Below, piece by piece: positions 56,445-64,000 of a DNA stretch of 64,000 nucleotides. Origin of the DNA: Candidatus Altimarinota bacterium. GTDB lineage: Bacteria; Patescibacteriota; Gracilibacteria; BD1-5; UBA2023. The stretch is from positions 9,475 to 73,474 of the forward strand of contig JAYVGV010000034.1 in NCBI GenBank assembly GCA_043771825.1, given 5' to 3'. Positions within the stretch are counted from its first letter, which is position 1. Each line of letters opens with the position of its first letter. The notes under the pieces were generated by a model that did no database searches, was not told where the DNA came from, and saw only the letters and a program-made list of their open reading frames with translations. The position numbers and the translations under genes were made by a program.

Positions 56445-57959
56445 ATGTCTATAAATGTTCTCATAAGTCTCATCCTTGGATGAGTATTTGGTGGTGGTAT
56501 GATATACTTCCTCCAGGGTCGAAAAAATACCGAAGTCGCATCTGCACTAGTCAAAGCGGCAGAAGAAAAAGCAAAAATGATCGTCTCTCTCGCTGAAGAA
56601 ACTCGCAGTCACACAAAGCGTGAAGTAGAAGAAGCAAAAAATGATCTGAAAGATCGAAAAGATCAGATCGTCCAGAGCGAAGAACGTCTCATGGAAAAAG
56701 AGAAACGTATCGATATAAAATCTGAAGAAATCGATCTAAAAAAGGATATTCTTGGACAGAAAGAAAAGGAACTTGAGGGGAAGCTCGAAGATGCAGATAC
56801 AAAATCACGGGAGCTCGAAGGGAAGCTCGAAGAAATGGCAAAACTCTCACAAGAAGACGCCAAAGATATGCTCATGAAGTATACCGAAGAGCGCTATGAG
56901 AAAGATATACTCGGGCTTCTAGAAAAGAAGAAAAGAGAGCTCAAATCCCGAGAAGCCGATGTTGCTCGTGAGATCATCATCAAGAGTATACAACAATATG
57001 CCTGAGAAGTCTGTGGCGAGACTACTCAGACCCTCGTGACCCTCGAAAGTGATGATCTCAAGGGTAAGCTTATAGGAAAGGAGGGGCGTAATATCATCGC
57101 ATTTGAGAAGGCAACGGGGGTCTCACTTATCATTGATGATGCTCCTGATACCGTATTTCTCTCAAGTTTCGACCTTTTTCGTCGCTATATCGCGAAGAAA
57201 TCTCTCGAAGATCTCATAGAAGATAAGCGTATCCAGCCCGCTCGTATCGAAGAAATCGTCGAAAAAAATCAACAAGAAGCCGATAAGCTCATCACTGACC
57301 TCGGAAGAAAGACTGTAGAAGAGATGGGGATCATAGGTATACCTGATGAGATCATGCCACTTATCGGGAAATTCCGATTTCGTACCAGCTATGGTCAGAA
57401 TATCCTCATGCACTCAAAGGAAGTCGCCTATATCGCTGAAGCAATAGCAAAACTCATCGGTGCTGATCCAGTACTCGCACTGAAGTGAGGACTTCTCCAT
57501 GATCTCGGAAAAGCCATGGATCACGATATCGAGGGGACTCATCCTGAGATCGGTGGGCGTATCGCACGAAAATATGGTCTCGATGAAAAGATCGTGAATA
57601 TCATCGAGGGTCACCATGATGATGTCCCTCAGATCTGTATCGAGACCAAGATCGTCCAGATTGCAGATGCCATATCTGCAGTCCGCCCAGGAGCACGCCG
57701 TATGAATGTAGAAGACTATATCAAGCGTATCCAAGAGATGGAGAATATCGCTATGGGATTCCCCGGGGTCAGTAAAGCCTATGCACTCTCCGCAGGACGA
57801 GAGATACGAGTATTCGTCGATGCTGATACTATGAGCGATCTCAACGCGAGCAAAGTGGCTCAGGAGATCGCATCTCAAATAGAAGCCAACTGTAACTATC
57901 CTTGAGAGATCAAGGTGATCGTATTCCGAGAAAAACGTATTATAGAATACGCGAAATAG
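56445..57959 (+). CDS. rny: ribonuclease Y
   Basis: N-terminal TM helix, coiled coil, KH (LIGKEGRNIIAFEKATG) and HD domain (HSKEVAYIAE...LLHDLGKA...IIEGHH). Three track ORFs in one frame. 504 aa. Confidence 0.92.
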
Positions 57960-57995
57960 ACATATACGTATCATTTTAGTATTTAAGCTCGCTTC

Positions 57996-58793
57996 ATGTA
58001 TCCTACTTTCGAATTACTCGCTGTAAGATTTTATACTTTTGGGATTATCATAGCCTGCACGTGGCTTTTGTTTTTCGTGCTACTCCATCGTTTTTCACTT
58101 CAGAAGGGGATACTCCGTCCAATATTTTCTGATATTTTCACATTCACCCTTTCGATATTCTTTTTTTCACGCATATTCCATATCATGAGAGATTGGCTCG
58201 ATGAGAAGTTCATCCTTATTGAACTCTTCGATGGAAAAATAGTAGAGTTTTTGAAACTGTTTTTTATCCCACAAAACTATCTTTTTTCGCTTTTTGGTGC
58301 GATCGTAGGTTTTATACTTATCTTCACCATCAAGACTCATGCGATGAGGAAAGAGCGTGGTCGCTACTTCGATGCTATCATGCTCGCATTTCTCTTTTCT
58401 TGTCTCCTTTGATACTTCGGATCTCTGCTCGGTGGACAAGTCTATGGTATATCATTTTCTTCGCCTATTTCCATCACCTACAATCATATCGATACTATCG
58501 TGAAGGATAGGGCTCCTCTCTTTCCTCTCGCATTTTTTTATATCATCATCATTAGTGGTATTCTCTTTGGAATACGGCGATTTTCTTCGAAAAAAATCCT
58601 TCCCGATGGTCTTATAGGATATATAAGCATCGGGGCATTCTCACTTATGATTTTTCTCGGGGAATTCCTCGATGGTGCACGAGAAGATATCTTCTATGAT
58701 TTCTTCTCCCTGAGTCTCAATCAGCTGTGAGCTCTCCTTGGACTCATTTTTGCTATACTATGACTTCTTCGTCTCATACAAAAAAGGATATAA
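57996..58793 (+). CDS. lgt: prolipoprotein diacylglyceryl transferase
   Basis: Polytopic 265-aa protein of Lgt size, topology and synteny. The region L[G]YFGSLLGGQVYG matches the GRxGNFxNxExxG position. Family call is moderate. Confidence 0.72.
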
Positions 58794-60292
58794 TAAGAGC
58801 TCGTGGGCTCTTCCTTCTATTTTGTGGAGCTTTCATCCTCGGAGATATCCTCGGTTGCCAGAGAGATATACTGAATATGTGTCTCTTGGTAGGATTCACT
58901 TTCATGATACTCATAGTAAAGAGAAGAGTCTATTCCCCTATTCTTCTGTCTCTTCTTCTCGGGGTCAGCCTCGGATTTTCTCTCGGACAATCTGCGAGCA
59001 TCGAGCAAATGACAAAGTACGATGAACTACGTGAGATGACGCAAGGGTTCACTCTAAAGTGAAAGACGGAAGGAACGATAGAAAAACTCCTGTTTCAGAA
59101 GGAACGTACGAAAGTCTATCTTCTATCGATCGACAGCTTCGACAAGATCGACAGCTTCGCCAATAGTGGCAGTAGACTACTCCCAAAAAGAAAATATACG
59201 ACTTCTCTCTTTGTCGAAGTTCCCTCCAATCTGACTCTCAGAAGTGGAGATCGGATAGGATTCTCTGGGAAAATCGAGAAAAATATCACCTTTCCTCTGC
59301 ATGATTTTTCTCGATATGCATACTTTCATGGATGATTTGGGACGATCTTCGTACCGAGTTTTCACAAAATATCTTGAGTATCAGTCTGAGTGATCGAAAA
59401 AATCCAGGGATCATGGGGTCATATTTTTGAGTCATACTTCCCGAGAGATATCGCAGGGACACTCCTCGGGATGACGATAGGATCGATAGATCTCCTCTCA
59501 CGTGAAACCAAAGAGGCATTCATCGCAACAGGTATGTCTCATATACTCGTCGTAAGTGGATCCAATATCGCTTTTCTTATCATCCTTCTTACTTTTTTTC
59601 TGAAGTATCTCCCTTTTAGAAAGTACTTTCGCTTGAGCATCATTCTCTCGTTTCTCCTATTTTATGGTACACTAGTAGGATGGGATGTGTCAGTGGTACG
59701 AGCGACCCTCATGGGCATACTCTCCTATATAATCGTAGAATACGGAGGTAAGTGATCGAGTCGAGCATCTCTGGCACTTGCTTGTGTGGTACTGACATTC
59801 TTCCATCCTCTTGCACCCCTCTATGATGCATGATTTTGACTCTCATTTGCAGCGACATTTGGGATACTCGTCTTTCATACACAAGTAGAGCAATGGTGCA
59901 GGAAATATCGACTGCCACACACTCTCATATCGATACTCTCCGTCAGTATCTGAGCTATGCTCGGAAGTCTTCCTCTGATTATCTACCACTTTGAGCGTAT
60001 TCCTGTCTCATCACTTCTTGCGAACATCCTGATCTGAGGGATTCTTGGTTGGATACTTTTTTCGAGTATACTTTTTGTAGGAATTACATGGGTATCTCAT
60101 ACTCTTGCGGTCATGGTTGGATATTTTGTATATATCCCGACCAAATTCATCCTCCTTCTTTCATGATTCTTCCAAAATGGATGGATAATATCTATCCCGT
60201 CATCTCTTGCTCCTGGGATCACCGTATTTCTTCTCGGGATATTTATTTTTATTTTTTTAGAAGCTCCTCCGAATAAAGAGGGAAAACTCTAA
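58760..60292 (+). CDS. comEC: ComEC/Rec2-family DNA internalisation channel, short form
   Basis: FIATGMSHILVVSGSNIAFL competence-domain motif and many TM helices. Frame verified line by line. 510 aa, with no C-terminal metallo-beta-lactamase region visible. Confidence 0.82.
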
Positions 60293-61026
60293 GGATTTCC
60301 CATTCCAAAAAAATCGTTTGTATTTATTGGTGATGGTTTCCTGAGATCTTCATCTGCAGTATCGAGAAAGGTGCGTATGACTTTCTCGTATTCAGAGATG
60401 ATAAAGAATGCATATGTTTCTGATTTTTTTGCTTCTATACTGACATTCGAGGTGCGCAGGAAGAAGGAGAAAAAGAGACTCACAGATTTCTCTGCGACAC
60501 TTCGCATCAGTCAGGAGAAGAGGTCAAGAGTTTTTTGGTGTAGGATCACCGAACTCTCATTCTGGGAGAGGAATTCCTGTGCAGAACTCATCCAAAGGGT
60601 CACCCAATTACGTATCGAAGTATCGAGGCGATCATCATGGAATTCATGTACATTATCATAATGATGAATCTTTGTATAGAGGTCTACTGGGATATTTTTA
60701 CCAAGCTTGAGAAAAAGATAGTGGGCTGCCTCAGGATATATGAGTGCTATGATGACGATGATAAATCTCGATGGGTAGCTACTCTGGAGGAGGAGTACGA
60801 CGCTCGGGATGAGCTCTTCATAGAGAGGATTCTTGATAAATCGTGAGAGTATGAGGAAGAGATCATCATTGTCTTGTTTTGCTTTTTTTTCATCTTTTTG
60901 TGTTTTTTGGAGCTGTGATTGAGCTCTACGAGAAGATTCTTTTTGTTTTTCACTTTTCTCACTCGGGGCTTCCGAAGAAGTCCCTCATATTTCATTCCCA
61001 TCGAGACTGAGATCATCGAGAGACAT
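60289..61026 (-). CDS. hypothetical protein (245 aa)
   Basis: ATG-initiated frame without TAA/TAG, all lines checked. It includes track ORF 60289-60507. Acidic/Lys-rich N-terminus. No family recognised. Confidence 0.5.
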
Positions 61027-61031
61027 AGGTA

Positions 61032-62321
61032 TTATGCAAGAGGGGATACGAAATTATCTGGTATAGGGAATTTCTTGGCAATTTCTCGGATTTTTTCTCG
61101 GATTTCGGATTTCTTCTCTGTATTATCTTTCTGTTTCAGAGCCTCTATCATGAGCTCAGCGACTTCTGCACAGTCATCTTCTCTGAGTCATCGCGTCGTG
61201 ATAGCAGGCGTCCCGAATCGGATACCAGAAGGATCCATAGGTTTTCGAGTATCACCAGCAATGGAGTTCATATTGAGGGTGATCCCGACTTCATCGAGTA
61301 CAATCTGCCCCTCCTTCCCCGATATACCCAGAGAGCTCCATATATCAGCGAGGAGAAGGTGATTCTCTGTCCCTCCTGTGAGAAGTCGGATATGATGATT
61401 TTTGAATACTTTTTCCATCGCCTTCGCATTGAGGAGTATTTGACGAGAATATGCCTGAAATTCGGGTGTCAGAGCTTCTGCGAATGCTACAGCCTTCGCA
61501 GCTATTATATGCATATGCGGACCTCACTGGAGTCCTGGAAATACCGATTTATCGATCTTCTTAGCGATCTCTTCGCTTTCTCGTACGAGGATGAGTCCTC
61601 ATCGTGGACCCCTGAGTGTTTTATGGGTCGTCGAAGTGATAATATCAAATCCATAATGAAATGGATTTTTCACGGCTTTTCCAGCGATAAGTCCGGCAAT
61701 ATGAGCCATATCAGCCATAGTATAGGCACCGACTTCACGAGCAATATCGACGAATTTTTGGTAATCGAGCTCTCTCGGATATGCCGAAAACCCTGCGAGG
61801 ATGATCTTCGGCTTTGTTTCTATAGCGACACGTCGGAGCTCATCATAGTCTATCTCTCCTGTTTCTGGATCTTTCATCTTATACCGTACAAAATTGAAAA
61901 TCTTCGAGATATATGTCACTGGATGTCCATGAGTGAGATGTCCCCCATGAGAGAGATCCATACCCAATATCGTATCTCCTGGTTCACAAAGAGCAAAGTA
62001 GGTAGCGATATTCGCTGGAGCTCCTGAGTGTGTCTGGACATTGGCATATTTACAATCAAAAAGTGCGCATGCACGCTCGATGCAGAGCTCTTCGAGAGGA
62101 TCAGTGAAGTCTTGTCATCCATAATAACGTTTATGGGGATATCATTCAGAATATTTATTTGTAAACACTGATCCCATAGCCTCATGACAGGCGCGAGAGA
62201 CATAGTTTTCTGAAGGGATCAGCTCAAGACCTGAAAATTCTCGGTGTTCTTCTCATCTTATGAGTTCTGCTATTTTCGGATCTTGTCGAGCGATATGGGT
62301 GATATCTTGTGGTGTGCTCAT
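61032..62321 (-). CDS. glyA: serine hydroxymethyltransferase
   Basis: [17 protein letters not shown] and [12 protein letters not shown][G]G (PLP-Lys region). Track ORFs 61188-61514 and 61599-61967 are in one frame. 429 aa. Confidence 0.95.
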
Positions 62322-62419
62322 AATAAAAAAGTGAAAAGGTGGGAGTAATAAAAAATATCATCTCTCCTTCCTAGTCGATTCTTGTATTGGGATTATTTTT
62401 ATAAAACATAGGTAAGATA

Positions 62420-63682
62420 TTATTTTGTAAAATCTTTACTTTTCATTTCTTCGATGAGTTTTTCTCGTTCCATATTCGTCGAAAGGAGAGTATTAAGTAT
62501 GATTTTTGCATTTTCCATCTGTCTATCATATCGTGCAGTAAAATCTCTATCAAAAAGTGGAATAAGTATATCGGGAGTAATCCCATTATTATCAATATTT
62601 TTATCTTCTGGAGTATACCATTTAGCGATCGTGAGCTTGAGGATGCTTCCATCTTTGAGGATAAATGGCTCTTGTACCGACCCTTTTCCATAGGACTGCT
62701 CTCCTATGATAATCGCTCTTTTATGGTCTTGAAGGGCTCATGCGACGATCTCTGTAGCAGAAGCTGAGAGATTATTGATGATCATCACAATCGGAATAGT
62801 GGTATTAGTAGAGCTATTGGAATTTGTATAGAACGAGTCAGTTTTTTTGGGGTCGTTCTCTTTTGTCGTGACAGCAAGTGTACGATCTGAGAGGAGAAGG
62901 GAAAGTATATCTACTGCAGCATTAAGATATCATCATCCGTTATTGCGAAAATCGAGGACTACTGCCTTTGCTCATGAGGAGGTGAGTTTTTTGAGTGATT
63001 TTTGGAATTCTTCTGGTGTTCTTTCTCAGAAAAATGCCACCTCAATATATCCAATATCAAGAAAAGCTCAAGTAAACATTCGTTCTTGTGTCGATGGTAT
63101 ATCGATGGTATCTCTAGTGATTTCAATCAAAGTTGGTGTGACATTCTCTCATCGAATATAGGTGATTTGGACTTTCGATCATTTTGGTCATTTTATCTTT
63201 TTTACTGCTTCGTCTGCTCTCATGCCGAGCATAGAATCATTTTCTACTTTAAGGATTATATCACCATCTTGCAGTCAAGATTTTTTTGCTGGTGAAGTAT
63301 CAAATACTTTTCTTATAATAATCCCCTTTATATGCTCATCTATGACTGCCCCTATACCTTCGAAATTTCCATTGAGTACTTCTGAAAATTCTTTTGCTTC
63401 TTTTTGTGGAAAATAACTACTATGTCGATCTCAGAGAGATCCTACTAGTGAAGTTATCATAGCATTTTCTATATCTTCTTTTGATTTTTGTGAAAAATGA
63501 TAATATTGATCTTGTATTGTTTTTTCTACTGATTGGATCTTCTGTGAAGTAAAAATAGAACTTCATGAGAGACTCGTTTGGATTTGATTATCAGTATAGT
63601 TTCATACGGCATTGATACAAAATCATAGTAAAATTCCTACTATGAAAATAATTATTGATATATTTTTCTTTAAAAAAGACAT
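62420..63682 (-). CDS. carboxy-terminal processing protease (S41 family)
   Basis: N-terminal TM helix, PDZ region (GIGAVIDE...[G]LQDGDIILKV), FRNNG[G]GYL, SASATEIVA[G]ALQD and YGKGSVQ. 420 aa. Confidence 0.88.
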
Positions 63683-64000
63683 ATACTCATTCCCTACAAT
63701 TAAAAACTAAAATACGTGTAAATAACTCTCTATTTTTAGTACACCAAACAGTGTAGGAAAATACGATATAAAAACAAGTTAATATGATTGTATTATTCAC
63801 AATAAAATCTTTGTATAGAACATCGCAGTATTCTTTTTCATAGAAAGATTAGTATTCTTTTTCTTTTAGACAAATGTGTAATTATTTTTCTTTTAAAAAA
63901 CCTCTCCTCTCTTAGAGAATTCTTCTCAAAATTTTCTAATAAAAAGAGTAAAATTTAATAATTCTAAACTATTGCTTCAGGAACAGAGAAAAAATTTGTA

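Noticed and set aside
1-64000. CRISPR arrays, transposases or IS elements, and rRNA genes.
   Set aside because: Scanning by eye on both strands found no regularly spaced direct repeats, no transposase-like frames and no rRNA-like conserved stretches.

Overview
AT-rich bacterial window in which nearly every conserved gene is broken by in-frame TGA in the supplied standard-code ORF track. TGA falls on invariant glycines: the RarA P-loop LLW[G]PPGCGKT, Era DTP[G], PyrG FVTG[G], the SufC Walker A and EF-G WK[G]. I therefore re-read the window by hand with UGA=Gly (translation table 25), which points to a Gracilibacteria/Absconditabacteria-type CPR bacterium. About 50 CDS and 4 tRNAs then resolve. 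Housekeeping genes are pyrG, rarA, nusA, prmC, fmt, rpsU, typA, era, ispH, fusA, rpmE, rlmH, rsmE, sufCB plus a detached sufD, rny, lgt, comEC, glyA and an S41 protease. Four things stand out. (1) An 11.8-kb block (17804-29580) holds three giant family-less envelope proteins (1401, 946 and 1271 aa) with an embedded secreted trypsin-like protease, and it is invisible under the standard code. (2) A minimal T4SS-like module (39069-46582) has two paralogous coupling-protein-like ATPases, a triple-repeat pilin and a secreted protein. It lies between sufD and sufCB next to a tRNA cluster. (3) A DUF4143 ATPase gene is flanked by 81-bp direct repeats of the sufD 3' end. (4) A 952-aa SLH-type S-layer gene has no UGA codons. 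Coordinates come from hand translation checked against ORF-track frames. Family calls rest on motif recognition, not database searches.
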